A stretch of DNA of 64,000 nucleotides from contig CAWEHK010000051.1 of assembly GCA_963808625.1 (NCBI GenBank), forward strand, positions 32,001 through 96,000, in the 5' to 3' direction. The notes below the pieces were generated by a model. That model was given only the letters and a program-made list of their open reading frames with translations, ran no database searches and was not told the DNA's origin. This stretch comes from an uncultured delta proteobacterium. Its GTDB lineage: Bacteria > Desulfobacterota > Syntrophobacteria > Syntrophobacterales > Syntrophobacteraceae. Numbering within the stretch: the stretch's first letter is position 1; every line of letters begins with the position of its first letter. Both the position numbers and the translations under genes were made by a program. Of this stretch, positions 42,097 through 54,577 are shown piece by piece.

Positions 42097-43075
42097 CTAC
42101 TGATTCTTATCCTCGGGACCCTTCCCTGCGGAAAGAAAGCGCTCCAGGCGCTGCAACGTCGCGTGAAGCTCCTGAAAATTCTTCTGCAATAGTTCCAGCA
42201 GGATTGGGGTATCGCTGCTCTGGAAAGGCAGCTTGGTCAGGAACCGGTCATAGAACAGGGCGTCCACTCCTGACAGGTAAAAGGTATCAAGGCGTTTCAG
42301 CAATCCCGACGCGATGCTGAACACAATCACAAGGGAAATGACCTGAATGAGCGGTAGCAAAGCCTTGAAAACCATCCCAAAGAGCTCTTGCAGATCCTTT
42401 TGCCCGGAGAGGGCGGGCTGGAGATAGAGGTGAAGGAGCCAGATCGTCTGCACTACTCCCGCCAGGAGCAGCAAGCGCAGGAGCCAACGAAAGGGCGTCC
42501 AGGAACTCCAGATGATTTCCCAGTCCATCTCCGCCAGGCGCCGCTCCTTTTCACCCAAGGTTTCAGAGGAGAGGCTCCGTTGCGGATTGGTGAGCAGCAC
42601 TCTGAGACGCCGCAAGGGATGGAACATGACCCGCAGAGGAATGCTGTCCGTTTTCTTCAGGAGGAGCTGAACCGGCAGGGAGACCTCAGACCTCGTGGCA
42701 ATGAGGGGGTAGACTTGAGGGTTTGGGCTTCTCTTCCGAAGATCCGATGCCTGCAGCCAGCAGGCTCCTGACATAGTATTTACCCCCATATTGGACGATT
42801 AAACCCAGGAGGCGTCCGCCCAAAAAGATAAATGCGACCCACACAAGATAAACCATCATCCTCCCAAGCGGTTCCACGCGAAGCCACCGCAGGTCAAACC
42901 AGAAGTCGAGGGATTTCAACATATCCGGCTGAAAGGAACGAAAGGCAGTCGAGGCTTCAGGAGGAGCCTGCGACGCGATCGGTGCTGCCACATACGCGAG
43001 GCCAAGGCAACCGAGAAAAAAGAGAAACCAGAGCAGTCTCTGGGTAGCTTCATAACGTCTCAGCCCGTATTCCAT
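42097..43075 (-). CDS. Hypothetical membrane protein (frameshift ~42780)
   Basis: Two overlapping ORFs with several hydrophobic helices. Confidence 0.55.
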
Positions 43076-43339
43076 GGATTGGTATCGCTCCTCTTCCAGT
43101 GAAGTTCGTGAACGGCAATGCCCGGCCAGATTTTGGGACCGCATTGGATGACGATCTGCACCTTCTCCGATGCGTCGTCAAAGGGTTCCGGACTGTTCAA
43201 AAAGAACAGCTCTTTTTACCACGAAGAGCACGAAGAACACGAAGAAATTACATCGTGTTGTTCGGGTTCTTCGTGTCCTTCGTGGTTGGAAACAAGGTCA
43301 CCATGAGAGCAAGTTATTCTTCCACAAATCCTCGCCAAT

Positions 43340-44425
43340 TCAAACGCCGGCATTCATCCGCTCTCTCACGGCACAATCCAGCATGGCGGGCAATCCGCCG
43401 CGCTCGTCAGGAGAAAACCCAAAGGCTTCACGCCAGATATCTCTTCCTTCCATGCAAAGATAGACGCAAAGTCCGGGATCGTATTCTCGAATACGGTCAA
43501 CCATGAACCGGTAGAGTTCCACCCGGATATCGCGGAAATAGCGCATCTTGCCGTCGAGGCCGCGGATGAATTCGCCCCCCAGGATGCGGCTGGCGGGATG
43601 CCGCGACGCAATGATCGGCTTGAGCTCGGGCATGAAGCGCAAGGCGCCGAGGCTCACCCAGACCACCTTCTCTGGCTCGACCGCCGCAAACAGCCGGTCG
43701 ATTACCCGTCCATAGCCTTCACGCCAGTTCTCATGCTCGATCATCGGATCAAAATGAAAGGCCAGCCGGTACCCCCACTCAGCACATTGACGGGCAGCGT
43801 CGAGGCGTTCCTGGAGCGAAGCAGCATGGGACTCTTCGCCGCGCACAATCGCCTCGGCATTGAGGGACCAGGCGACAATGGTGCGGCCCCCATGGTCGAG
43901 GTCCGCCAGATTCTCGATAAAGTGCGTTTTGGTCTTGAGCTCGAGGACGGCATTGGGCTGACGGGCAAAAAAGGGAACCAGGTGCCCCGATAAGCCCGTC
44001 CATGGATCGAGCAGCAGGGAGTCGGTGAACTCCCCGGTACCGATGCGATAAAGTCTGTCGGGCCGGCAGTGGAGCTCCTCGGACAGCGTCTGCAGGATCT
44101 CGTCGATGTTTCCAAAAAGCCTCAGGTTGGGCTGATTGAGATAGGCCTGTAAAATGCAATAGGTACACCCCAGCGAACACTGCATGCCAACGTGAAGAAT
44201 GCGGTAGCCGCAGCAGCAGTAGTGCCGGGTTCCCGGGCAGGATTTCAGGAGACGGCCACGGAAGGCGACCACTTCCAGCACATCCGGGTCATAATCCCGG
44301 CGTTCCGCGATGCGTTCGACGACTTGAAGCGCAGAGGATGGCAACCGGCGTTTCAAGGCGCCAACGATGGGACTGGCCGCAACCTCGACTTCGACGATGA
44401 TTTTTCCCGGGGGTTCTACGCGCAT
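43340..44425 (-). CDS. Spore photoproduct lyase (SplB)-like radical SAM protein
   Basis: CSLGCTYC radical-SAM motif, RIGTGEFTDSL, VLELKTK, FHFDP, DGKMRYF, YLCME. Confidence 0.85.
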   Translation of the reverse strand: MRVEPPGKIIVEVEVAASPIVGALKRRLPSSALQVVERIAERRDYDPDVLEVVAFRGRLLKSCPGTRHYCCCGYRILHVGMQCSLGCTYCILQAYLNQPNLRLFGNIDEILQTLSEELHCRPDRLYRIGTGEFTDSLLLDPWTGLSGHLVPFFARQPNAVLELKTKTHFIENLADLDHGGRTIVAWSLNAEAIVRGEESHAASLQERLDAARQCAEWGYRLAFHFDPMIEHENWREGYGRVIDRLFAAVEPEKVVWVSLGALRFMPELKPIIASRHPASRILGGEFIRGLDGKMRYFRDIRVELYRFMVDRIREYDPGLCVYLCMEGRDIWREAFGFSPDERGGLPAMLDCAVRERMNAGV

Positions 44426-44509
44426 CGGGTCAGGGCGCTTCAGGTTTGGGCGGCATCTTGCCGTAGAGAGTATCCAAGTATTCCCCACTCTTCTTGATAA
44501 TACTCATTA

Positions 44510-44752
44510 GCGATGAACTGTTTGTTCTTTTCACCGCGGAGAGCGCAGAGTACGCAGAGAGATCTTGCTCTTAAATCGTTCGAATTCCCTGCGATCTCAG
44601 CGTACTTTGCGCTATTAACGTTCATTTTCTCGAAATGTATCAAATTTCTTCTTCAGCACTTTGCTTCTCTGCGTTCTCTGCGCTCTCTGCGGTTCATGCG
44701 TTTGGTTGCAGCCCTCCGCTGCCTTCTGCCCTCAGCACGCTCTGCGGTGAAT
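44510..44752. repeat. Intergenic palindromic short-repeat element (CGCAGAG / CTCTGCG units)
   Basis: CACCGCGGAGAGCGCAGAGTACGCAGAGA ... CTCTGCGTTCTCTGCGCTCTCTGCGG ... CTCTGCGGTGAA. Confidence 0.6.
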
Positions 44753-44763
44753 CCTTACTGCGC

Positions 44764-45735
44764 TCATGGCTCGTCCGACGGCTTCATCGCCCTTCCCAGC
44801 AGCGCAAAATCGGTGCGGGTTAAAACTTTTTCCAAGAGGCCCTGGAGCTCTTCGGGTTGGCCAAAAGTAACCAGCAGCCGCCATTCATCCCCTTCAAACG
44901 CGGGCGGATGGAGCAGTTGGCTTCCCTGTGGGAGGGCAAGCAAGGCAAGGTCTCGGGCCAGCCGAGTTTCCCTCTCCTGTAGTCGCGGCAAGCGCCATCG
45001 GGTCAGTAACTCCCGGACGGCCTGCGTCTTCTGCCGATGGTTCCACTCGAGATGACTCAAAATGGCCTGAAGCTCGGGGCGACGCAGGACCGCGTGGCGA
45101 TTTTCGTGCCAACGAAGGGCAATTTCCCTCACCCGCTCGACCATTTCCATTTGAACACTCGCGCTGCACCGCAGTTCGATGAGGAGAGCGAGGACCTCTG
45201 CCCGCTCCTCTTCACTCCAAGCAACCAGTTCCAGGGCAATGCGCTCGGCTATTGCTCCCGAGGCAGTGTTTTTGAGAAGGCTTTCCCCCGCCCTTGAAAG
45301 GCCGCACCATTTGGCGATGACCTCGGCGCGAGGCGGGATTTGCAGGGCAGGCAGGAGATGATCGTGAAGGTATGGTCGCGTTGCCTCATGGTTCAATTTC
45401 GAGATGAGCTGGGCCTTTTCTGCGGCATTCAGGGGAGGACCGAAGAGTTTAGCCTCCGCCCGGAGGAGAAATAGCTCTTCATACGAGGATGAGGACGGGA
45501 AAACCATGGCCTGGATTCGCTCCAAACCCTTTTCTCTTGCCCATGTGATGCGCTTGAAGCCGTCTACCAGGGAGTACCCGCCGTCCCCTCTCGCCCACAG
45601 CCAGAGCGGGAGAAACATGCCATGCCGGGCGAGAGAGAGCGCCAGCCGCTCATTTGGCAAATAGCTCCAAATTGCGAAACGGTCATCTTGCAGGTCCAGT
45701 TCATCTCGCTGGACGACAACGTAAGAAGCCTGCAT
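44764..45735 (-). CDS. ParB/Srx N-terminal-like domain protein
   Basis: LALSLARHGMFLPL...YSLVDGFKRI...LNAAEKA. Confidence 0.65.
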   Translation of the reverse strand: MQASYVVVQRDELDLQDDRFAIWSYLPNERLALSLARHGMFLPLWLWARGDGGYSLVDGFKRITWAREKGLERIQAMVFPSSSSYEELFLLRAEAKLFGPPLNAAEKAQLISKLNHEATRPYLHDHLLPALQIPPRAEVIAKWCGLSRAGESLLKNTASGAIAERIALELVAWSEEERAEVLALLIELRCSASVQMEMVERVREIALRWHENRHAVLRRPELQAILSHLEWNHRQKTQAVRELLTRWRLPRLQERETRLARDLALLALPQGSQLLHPPAFEGDEWRLLVTFGQPEELQGLLEKVLTRTDFALLGRAMKPSDEP

Positions 45736-45736
45736 T

Positions 45737-46636
45737 TCAGGCTGCCAGGGCCCGACCGGTCAGGCGCTCGAGGGCCTCCGCATAGCGCCCCCGGGTATTG
45801 GCCACCACCTGCGGGGGAAGTTCGGGTGCCGGCTCGGAAACCTTCCATCCCGACTGCAACAGGTAATCGCGTAGATATTGTTTATCGAAGCTTTCGGGGT
45901 TGGTCCCCGGCTGATAGCGATCTGCCAGCCAAAAGCGGCTCGAATCCGGAGTCAGGACCTCATCGACAAGGGTCAGACGGCCATCGATCAAGCCAAATTC
46001 GAACTTGGTGTCGGCAAGCAGGATGCCGCGCTCACGTGCATACCCGGCAGCCTTTTCGTAAATCTTCAGGCTCATTTCGCGAACCCGCCGGGCAGTTTCC
46101 TCCCCTACCCTCTCGCCCATCTCGGCAAAGGAGATGTTCTCGTCGTGCTCCCCGAGAACCGCTTTGGTGGATGGCGTAAAAATGGGTTCGGGCAATTTCG
46201 CGGCATTTTGAAGATCAGGCGGCAGCTGAACGCCGCATACCCGACCCGTCTTCTGGTAGTCCTGCCACCCGGAGCCGGACAAATACCCCCTGACGATGCA
46301 CTCCACGGGCAGCACCCCGGCCTTTTTCACCCGCATGCTCCGCCCGCTCAATTCGCCGGCATAGGGTTGACAGGGAGCAGGGTAGGTCGCCGGGTCGCTG
46401 CTGATGAGGTGATGTTCCACGAAATCGCTCAAGAAGTTCAGCCAAAATACGGAGATCTGAGTAAGAATTATTCCTTTGTCCGGTATGGGAGTGGGCATGA
46501 CCACGTCAAAAGCCGAAATGCGGTCGGTTGCCACAATCAGCAGCGAATCTCCCAAGTCGTAAATATCTCGAACCTTGCCGCGGGAATGAAGTCTCAAACT
46601 GGGATAATGCGTTTCATAAACTGGATTCCCTATCAT
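45737..46636 (-). CDS. purC: SAICAR synthetase
   Basis: RGKVRDIY, TDRISAFD, PVECIVRGYLSGSGW, ADTKFEFG, DEVLTPDSSRFW, SFDKQYLRD. Confidence 0.97.
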   Translation of the reverse strand: MIGNPVYETHYPSLRLHSRGKVRDIYDLGDSLLIVATDRISAFDVVMPTPIPDKGIILTQISVFWLNFLSDFVEHHLISSDPATYPAPCQPYAGELSGRSMRVKKAGVLPVECIVRGYLSGSGWQDYQKTGRVCGVQLPPDLQNAAKLPEPIFTPSTKAVLGEHDENISFAEMGERVGEETARRVREMSLKIYEKAAGYARERGILLADTKFEFGLIDGRLTLVDEVLTPDSSRFWLADRYQPGTNPESFDKQYLRDYLLQSGWKVSEPAPELPPQVVANTRGRYAEALERLTGRALAA

Positions 46637-46755
46637 GCCGTTCCTCCTCGTTTCCTTCTTATGGTACTTCGCGGGATCCTCGAAAATCCGTGTTGACCCC
46701 CTCTCTTCCCATCTGTTATCCTTGACCTCACTGGATATCCAGTATTTCTAGGGAG

Positions 46756-47622
46756 ATGTCAAAACAAAATCAAGGAGATTGCAGGATCGCCGGGATGAAG
46801 CATGCAAACGAAACCGCGAGGACATCGCTGCAGGGTATCGCTTCGCTTTATAATGATTTCGAGCGCAAGGAACTCTTCAAAAAATATCTCTTCTTCCTCG
46901 GCTGGCTTGAAGTACTGATCTTCGGCGCCTGTTGGGTTTACCAGCTCGGCAGCGGCAGTCACGATCAGTACGGTCCCATAGACCTTCCGTTTCCCTGGAA
47001 AACCTATTTCCTGGTTGCTTTTCTGGCGCCCGTCGCGATTACCTTCCTGATTGGAGTCGTCATCGTTGGCTTTAACAAGTATTTTGCCGAAATGGAGCAA
47101 CCGGGTGAGGTCTCCGGGGCAGAGCACCCGGGAAGCCCCCAGGCAGAAGGCACCGGACGCCTTGCCACCCTCAACCGTGTCGTAAGCTGGGTGCAAAAAC
47201 TCCCGTTCCTCGCCCTGTTATTACTTCTGGCGGTAGCGGTAGTGTTTTTCTACAAACTGGACGTCATCCTGGCTTTCGTCGGCAGTGTCGGCGAAAAAAC
47301 CGTCAAAATCATTCTCTTCTCCGTCATCGGACTCGTGGCAATTATTTCCGTTTTCCTGCTCATCCTGATTGTCCTGAACTTTCAGCTCAGGAAGAAGTCC
47401 ATGGACTATCAATACCGCAGTGAAGTGGCCGAGCGTTTTGGCCTGATCATTCTCGACGACATGACCGTTCTCAACAGCCAGGGCAAACTGCTCGTCGACG
47501 GCAAGAAGGGGAAGCGAACACCCCCGATGCTGCCTGCCAAAACTACCGACACCGGTCAAACCGATCCGGAGCACTCCCCGCCCAGGGTGATACCCCGTCC
47601 TGCCGATGCTGAAACCACATGA
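46756..47622 (+). CDS. Hypothetical membrane protein (about 4 TM helices)
   Basis: Long ORF with hydrophobic helices; its stop overlaps the tilS start. Confidence 0.7.
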   Translation: MSKQNQGDCRIAGMKHANETARTSLQGIASLYNDFERKELFKKYLFFLGWLEVLIFGACWVYQLGSGSHDQYGPIDLPFPWKTYFLVAFLAPVAITFLIGVVIVGFNKYFAEMEQPGEVSGAEHPGSPQAEGTGRLATLNRVVSWVQKLPFLALLLLLAVAVVFFYKLDVILAFVGSVGEKTVKIILFSVIGLVAIISVFLLILIVLNFQLRKKSMDYQYRSEVAERFGLIILDDMTVLNSQGKLLVDGKKGKRTPPMLPAKTTDTGQTDPEHSPPRVIPRPADAETT

Positions 47623-49061
47623 CGCCGGTTCACCCCTTCGCGAGGCGCGTGCTCCGTTACGTTCATCAGGAGCAGCTCATCGCCGGGGGAGACTCGATCC
47701 TCGTCGCCGTCTCGGGCGGTCCGGATTCGGTGGCGCTGCTCCACATTCTCGTTTCCCTCCGGGAGCTTTGCGGCATCACCCGGATCGCGGTGCTGCATTT
47801 TGATCATCGGCTCCGCGGACACGCATCGGCAAGGGACAGGAATTTCGTGGAGGCGCTCGCCACAACGCTTGGACTCCCGTTTCATATGGCATCCGAAGAT
47901 GTCCTTTCCTACCGTCACCGCCATCGCCTTTCGCTGGAGATGGCAGCCCGCGCCTGTCGCCACCGGTTTTTCAAGGATGCTCTAAGCCGACTCGAAGCCG
48001 ATGCCCTCGCCTTAGGCCACACCGCCAATGATCAGGCCGAGGAAATCCTGCTCCGGCTGTTTCGCGGGGCGGGCCCCCCAGGGATGGCGGGGATGCGCTC
48101 CAGAACGGCAGGCGGGCTCATTCGCCCCCTTTTGTTCGCCACTCGCAGGGAGATTCTTGCCTACCTGCACAACCAAAAACTCAGCTTTCATGAAGACGAC
48201 TCCAATCGCGACCCCGCCCACCAGAGGAATGCCGTCCGCCTCGCCATCCTGCCGGTTGTTGGGAAACACTTTCATCCGCGCGTGGTCGAGGTTCTTTGTC
48301 GCCATGCGCGTCTCGCCGCCGATGAAGAATCCTGCTGGCAGGACCTCCTGGCAGCTCACTGGCCGGCCGTCTGCATGGCGGAAGCTCCTTCCCGGATTAC
48401 CCTGAGCGGTCGCGCGCTCCTCGATCGGCATCCGGCTCTTCAAAAGCGGCTCCTGCGCACGGCCATTGAACGCTTGCAGACCAACCTCCAGGGAATCTAT
48501 GCGGGACACATTGAAGCGCTCTGCAAGCTGCTCGCGCGCCGGGCGACCGGCAGTTCACTCCCGTTGCCGGGTGGCCTCTGGGCCATGCTCGAAGGGGAAT
48601 GCCTCGTCCTTTCACGGGAGCCCAGGGCGGCTTTACCCTCGATAGAGCCCGATTTCTCCCAGAACATGAACGGCCCGGGCCAATACGACTTTTCGATTTT
48701 CGAGCTCGGTCTCAGCCTCAAAGACGTTCCGGCAGCGACTCATGCCAGCCCCTTTCACGAAGCTCCAGACACGATCTGGCTCGATGCCAGCGCCATAAAG
48801 TGGCCGCTCTTCCTGCGCTTCTGGAAACATGGCGATCGCTTTCATCCTCTGGGACTTGCCGGGAGTAAAAAACTGCAGGATTTTTTTGTGGATTCCAGGG
48901 TTCCTCGGGGAGAGCGAGGCCGCGTGCCTCTCCTCTGCGACCGGGAAAAGATTATCTGGATTGTGGGCTATCGCCTCGACGACCGGGTGAAAGTCACGCC
49001 CCGGACCGAGCGGATGCTAATCATCGAGAAGCGCGATAGAGCCTTGAAGGGCGGCTCTTAG
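47619..49061 (+). CDS. tilS: tRNA(Ile)-lysidine synthetase
   Basis: VAVSGGPDSVALL, HFDHRLR, LGHTANDQAE, IRPLL, EDDSN, RNAVR, C-terminal GDRFHP...KKLQDFF. Confidence 0.95.
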   Translation: MTPVHPFARRVLRYVHQEQLIAGGDSILVAVSGGPDSVALLHILVSLRELCGITRIAVLHFDHRLRGHASARDRNFVEALATTLGLPFHMASEDVLSYRHRHRLSLEMAARACRHRFFKDALSRLEADALALGHTANDQAEEILLRLFRGAGPPGMAGMRSRTAGGLIRPLLFATRREILAYLHNQKLSFHEDDSNRDPAHQRNAVRLAILPVVGKHFHPRVVEVLCRHARLAADEESCWQDLLAAHWPAVCMAEAPSRITLSGRALLDRHPALQKRLLRTAIERLQTNLQGIYAGHIEALCKLLARRATGSSLPLPGGLWAMLEGECLVLSREPRAALPSIEPDFSQNMNGPGQYDFSIFELGLSLKDVPAATHASPFHEAPDTIWLDASAIKWPLFLRFWKHGDRFHPLGLAGSKKLQDFFVDSRVPRGERGRVPLLCDREKIIWIVGYRLDDRVKVTPRTERMLIIEKRDRALKGGS

Positions 49062-49114
49062 CTCTTAGCTCTTAGAACTTGACTGTTAGCTCTTCGCACC
49101 AGAAACTCAACACC

Positions 49115-49198
49115 CTTCACTCGTCACTCGTCACTCGTCACTCATTACTCGTTACTCGTTACTCGTTACTCATTACTCGTTACTCATTACTCATCACT
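49115..49198 (-). repeat. Heptamer tandem array (ACTCGTT/ACTCATT/ACTCGTC)
   Basis: About eleven units overlapping the proS stop; a CTCTTAG x3 run follows the tilS stop. Confidence 0.9.
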
Positions 49199-50939
49199 CT
49201 TCCATATAAGGCCGCCCTTCCAAGGTCGGTTGAAGCGTCGCAACAATCTGTTCCAGGGTCGCATCGAGAGCTTCTCGATCTACGATGAGCACTTCGCCTG
49301 TTTTTCTTACCTTAATTTCCACGTTGTTTCCCTTGAGCAGCTTCTGACTGATCACCACCCGAACGGGGAAACCCAAGAGGTCGGCATCCTTCAGTTTCAC
49401 CCCGGCTGATTCCTCGCGGTCGTCATAGAGGACTTCGTAGCGGCCGCTCAACTGCTGGTGGAGCTTCTCAGCAGCGTCGACCACCTCGGGGGTCTTGCCG
49501 ATGGCCACTATTACGACTTGAAACGGCGCGATAGTGATCGGGAAGATTATCCCGGAGTCGTCGTGCCAGCGCTCCACGACAGAAGCCAGGAGACGCTCGA
49601 CCCCGATGCCGTAGCAGCCCATGATCACCCGTTTCTGTTCCCCGGCGGGATCAAGGTAGGTTACGTCCATGGTGTCAGGCGCCGTATACTTGGTCCCCAG
49701 TTTGAACGTGTGACCCAGTTCGATGCCACGCCCGATGCGCAGGGAACCCTGCCGACATTTCGCACAGACATCTCCCTCCCGGACTTCGGCGATATCAGCC
49801 CTTTCAGCTATTTCAAAATCGCGCCCAAACCGGACGTTCTTGTAATGCATGTCGATTTCGTTTGCTCCGGCAACAAAAAGACCGCGTTCTTCGACGGAAG
49901 TGTCCATAACCATCCGCATGCCCTTGATGCCAACCGGGGATAGAAACCCTGCGTGAAGCCCCCGCGCTGCCAGGAGCTCTTCGGATGCCAGGTCCACATG
50001 CACCGCTTTCAGATGGTTGGCAAGCTTGGCATTCGAAATCGCATATTCTCCGCGAATCACCGCCAGCACCAGCTCCCCGTCGGCTTCGTAGGCCACGGTT
50101 TTCAGGAAATCGGTTTCGCCGACCCCGAAGAATCGCACCAGATCGGCAATGGTCCTTACCCCGGGCGTAGCAACTTTTTCCTTTGGCGGGGGTGCCGCAA
50201 CGAATCCTTCCGCCTCCGGCTTCACGCCCTCTGCCTTCTCGGTGTTCGCCCGGTAGTCGCAGTGCGTGCATACGACAAAGCGGTCCTCGCCATTGGGGGA
50301 TTCGAGCATGAATTCATGCGATCCGGTCCCCCCCATGATGCCGCTGTCGGCTTCGATGGGGATGCTATCCAGCCCGCACCTGGCAAAGATCCGCACATAA
50401 GCGTTAAAAATCTTCGGGTAATACGCATCCAGATCATCAAAGTCCCGGTGGAAACTGTAGGCATCCTTCATGAAAAACTCGCGGATGCGCAGGAGACCGC
50501 CCCGGGGACGGGCTTCATCGCGGATTTTCGTCTGAATGTGATAGAGCATCACCGGCAGGTCCCGATAGGAGCGCAGGAAATGCTTGGCGAGGTCGGTAAC
50601 GGTTTCCTCATTGGTCATTGCCAGCACAAAATCCCGGTCCTTGCGGTCTTTGAAGCGGATCAGCTCCTGGCCAATGTCGAAATAACGTTTGGTTCTTTTC
50701 CACAGTTCCGCCGGATTCAAGACCGGCATCGTGATCTCGATGCCGTCGATGGCGTTCAATTCTTCTCGAATGATGTTCTTGACCTTTTCGGCAGCACGGT
50801 GTCCAAGCGGCAGCAGCGAATAAACCCCCGCCGCTACCGGATAGATAAAGGAGCCTCGAAGGAGGAGAATATGCGACGGGGTTTCAGCCTCTTTGGGCGT
50901 CTCAAAAAGGGTGTGGATAAAATAGGAAGAATAACGCAT
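49194..50939 (-). CDS. proS: Prolyl-tRNA synthetase (with editing insertion)
   Basis: [62 protein letters not shown]. Confidence 0.97.
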   Translation of the reverse strand: MRYSSYFIHTLFETPKEAETPSHILLLRGSFIYPVAAGVYSLLPLGHRAAEKVKNIIREELNAIDGIEITMPVLNPAELWKRTKRYFDIGQELIRFKDRKDRDFVLAMTNEETVTDLAKHFLRSYRDLPVMLYHIQTKIRDEARPRGGLLRIREFFMKDAYSFHRDFDDLDAYYPKIFNAYVRIFARCGLDSIPIEADSGIMGGTGSHEFMLESPNGEDRFVVCTHCDYRANTEKAEGVKPEAEGFVAAPPPKEKVATPGVRTIADLVRFFGVGETDFLKTVAYEADGELVLAVIRGEYAISNAKLANHLKAVHVDLASEELLAARGLHAGFLSPVGIKGMRMVMDTSVEERGLFVAGANEIDMHYKNVRFGRDFEIAERADIAEVREGDVCAKCRQGSLRIGRGIELGHTFKLGTKYTAPDTMDVTYLDPAGEQKRVIMGCYGIGVERLLASVVERWHDDSGIIFPITIAPFQVVIVAIGKTPEVVDAAEKLHQQLSGRYEVLYDDREESAGVKLKDADLLGFPVRVVISQKLLKGNNVEIKVRKTGEVLIVDREALDATLEQIVATLQPTLEGRPYMEE

Positions 50940-51456
50940 CTTTTCCGACCTCCTCGGCTTGCGTGCCGATCATCCTTACAGGGTTCAGGGAAACGGGGAC
51001 TCATCACACACAAATACTACCATGCCTCACGCAGAATTCTCAACCTGTTATCAGGGCCCATTCAGGGGAGCCACTACCGTCGCATCGGCGAGTTTCGGCC
51101 TTCCCTCAGGCGCACCTCCTGGAAGAGCGCGAAACCGTCCGGTCCCGCACATGGCTCGAAGGTCCGCCGCTGTGGCTGCCTTGACAGCTCCCTGCTGGCT
51201 CTTTAATTTGTTTTCGGAAACGAATTCAGGCCTTATAATGCAAACTGCAATTGGTCGGCTCGCAATCCCAAACGGCGGAGGTATTGTGATGACGCTGAGG
51301 AAGAATCGTATCGTTTCCAACAACCCTTTTGTCGACCGACGGGACCATGTAGGAACTGCTTTCCAGCCGTGATTGAAGCATCACTCGCGGATGGAAAGCC
51401 GCTCCTGCAGAAATACAACCTTATATCCTGAACGGGAATAGCTGATGGAGGGATGA

Positions 51457-51927
51457 TTGGTCCAGACACCAGAGAACACCCTTATCGAACAGCTCCATAC
51501 CATGAAGCAGCGTATGGAGGTACTTTTTTCGGAAAGCTTCAAAGTGGAAAGAGTTGATGCGGACGTGCGCAATGCGGACGCGCAGGCCGTATCATGGGAA
51601 CCATTGATGGACATCTGGGAAACAGCCGATGAATGGTTCCTGGCTGCCGACCTGCCTGGCGTTCCTGACGAGGACCTTCATGTAGAACTTGCCGAAAAGT
51701 ACTTGACTGTCCGCGGGAAGCGCACAACTTCGGGGGGACCTGAAGCGATGAAGGCTGTCAGGCGTGAGCGTCCTGCGGGAACGTTTTCCCGAACTTTTGC
51801 CCTGCCTGAGGATGCTCAGGAGGACTCCGTAAAAGCGGAGCTCCGGCATGGCGTCCTCACGGTGATCGTTTCCAAACCTTCCGGACCTCAGCCCACCTCG
51901 CAGAAGGTTCCGGTAATTACTGGCTAA
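51457..51927 (+). CDS. Hsp20/alpha-crystallin small heat-shock protein
   Basis: [41 protein letters not shown]. Confidence 0.9.
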   Translation: MVQTPENTLIEQLHTMKQRMEVLFSESFKVERVDADVRNADAQAVSWEPLMDIWETADEWFLAADLPGVPDEDLHVELAEKYLTVRGKRTTSGGPEAMKAVRRERPAGTFSRTFALPEDAQEDSVKAELRHGVLTVIVSKPSGPQPTSQKVPVITG

Positions 51928-51970
51928 AGAAAGACTTTTTTTGTACCGTCCAAAAAGGAGGACCCCGGGC

Positions 51971-52831
51971 ATGAGCAGCAGAGTAAGAACAACCGTTTTG
52001 TTGGCGTTGCTGACCGTCTTGATCGTCTGGATAGGAGGCTATTTCGGTGGTCAGAGCGGGATGATCGTGGCGTTCGTGTTTGCTGCCATCATGAATTTCG
52101 GGAGCTATTGGTTCTCGGACAAGATGGTCCTGGCGATGTACCATGCGCAACCGATCGATGAACAGCAGGCTCCGGGTCTTTACCGTATCGTGCGGGAACT
52201 CGCTGCCGAGGCCCAGATTCCCATGCCGCGCCTCTACCTGATCCCCGAGGAAACCCCGAATGCCTTTGCCACCGGGCGTAATCCTCAAAATGCCGCAGTA
52301 GCCGTTACTGAAGGACTGACACGCCTGCTTACCGCCGAAGAGATCAGTGGGGTGCTGGCCCACGAGATTTCCCACGTCAAGAATCGTGACATTCTGGTCA
52401 GCACCATCGCCGCAACCCTTGCAGGGGTGGTCATGATGCTCGCGAACATAGCCAGGTGGGGCGCCATATTCGGAGGGGTCGGGAGCAGAAATGACCAGGA
52501 AGGTGGAGGCGGAAGCGCTCTGGCCCTCGTGGTCACGGCTTTTTTGGCTCCCATTGCAGCCATGCTGATCCAGTTGGCAATCTCAAGGTCCCGGGAGTAT
52601 CTTGCCGATGAATCCGGAGCGGAGATCTCCCACCGTCCGGAAGCTCTCGCTCGCGCCCTGGAGAAGCTCCAAATGGCTTCCCAGCGCATCCCCATGGAAA
52701 ATGCTCAACCCGCAACCGCTCATATGTTCATCGTCAACCCTTTGACGGGAAGAAGTCTGGCCAACCTTTTCAGTACCCATCCTCCGATGGAGGAGCGCAT
52801 CCGGCGTTTGCGCGCCATGCATCCCCGCTGA
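51971..52831 (+). CDS. htpX: Zinc metalloprotease HtpX
   Basis: [33 protein letters not shown]. Confidence 0.95.
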   Translation: MSSRVRTTVLLALLTVLIVWIGGYFGGQSGMIVAFVFAAIMNFGSYWFSDKMVLAMYHAQPIDEQQAPGLYRIVRELAAEAQIPMPRLYLIPEETPNAFATGRNPQNAAVAVTEGLTRLLTAEEISGVLAHEISHVKNRDILVSTIAATLAGVVMMLANIARWGAIFGGVGSRNDQEGGGGSALALVVTAFLAPIAAMLIQLAISRSREYLADESGAEISHRPEALARALEKLQMASQRIPMENAQPATAHMFIVNPLTGRSLANLFSTHPPMEERIRRLRAMHPR

Positions 52832-53147
52832 GGCCCGGCGGCGTCACTTTAGTGCGATTTTCCAGCCATCTTGCCCGCCGGTGGCGCCGCCGTCCTCGGC
52901 GGCGCTGCCGGGAGTGCAGGCATGTCCCCTTCATCGCCATGCTTCTTAATGGACCACGCCGCTCCTTCCGGCCTTTCTGCCGCTGATGCCCATGGAGGAA
53001 AGCACTTCCTGTTGCCAATTTATCTTTGACACAAGCATCTTTTTTCATTACAGGTACCAGCGTATAAGTGCGCGGTCTTTCATAGCCCGATTGGAGATGA
53101 TCCGGATCTTTTGCAGCACTCATTGCCCTGCCTCGTTCAGGGGCTAA

Positions 53148-54465
<1,318 letters not shown>

Positions 54466-54469
54466 GAAG

Positions 54470-54577
54470 TAGTGATGAGTAATGAGTGATGAGTAATGAG
54501 TGACAGGTGCTGGGTGCTGAGTGCTGAGTGCTGAGTGCTGGGTGCCGAGTAATGAGTAACGAGTGAATGAGTGATGA
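54470..54577 (+). repeat. Heptamer tandem array (GAGTAAT/GAGTGAT/GAGTGCT)
   Basis: Fills the spacer between purA and the spermidine synthase-like gene. Confidence 0.85.
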
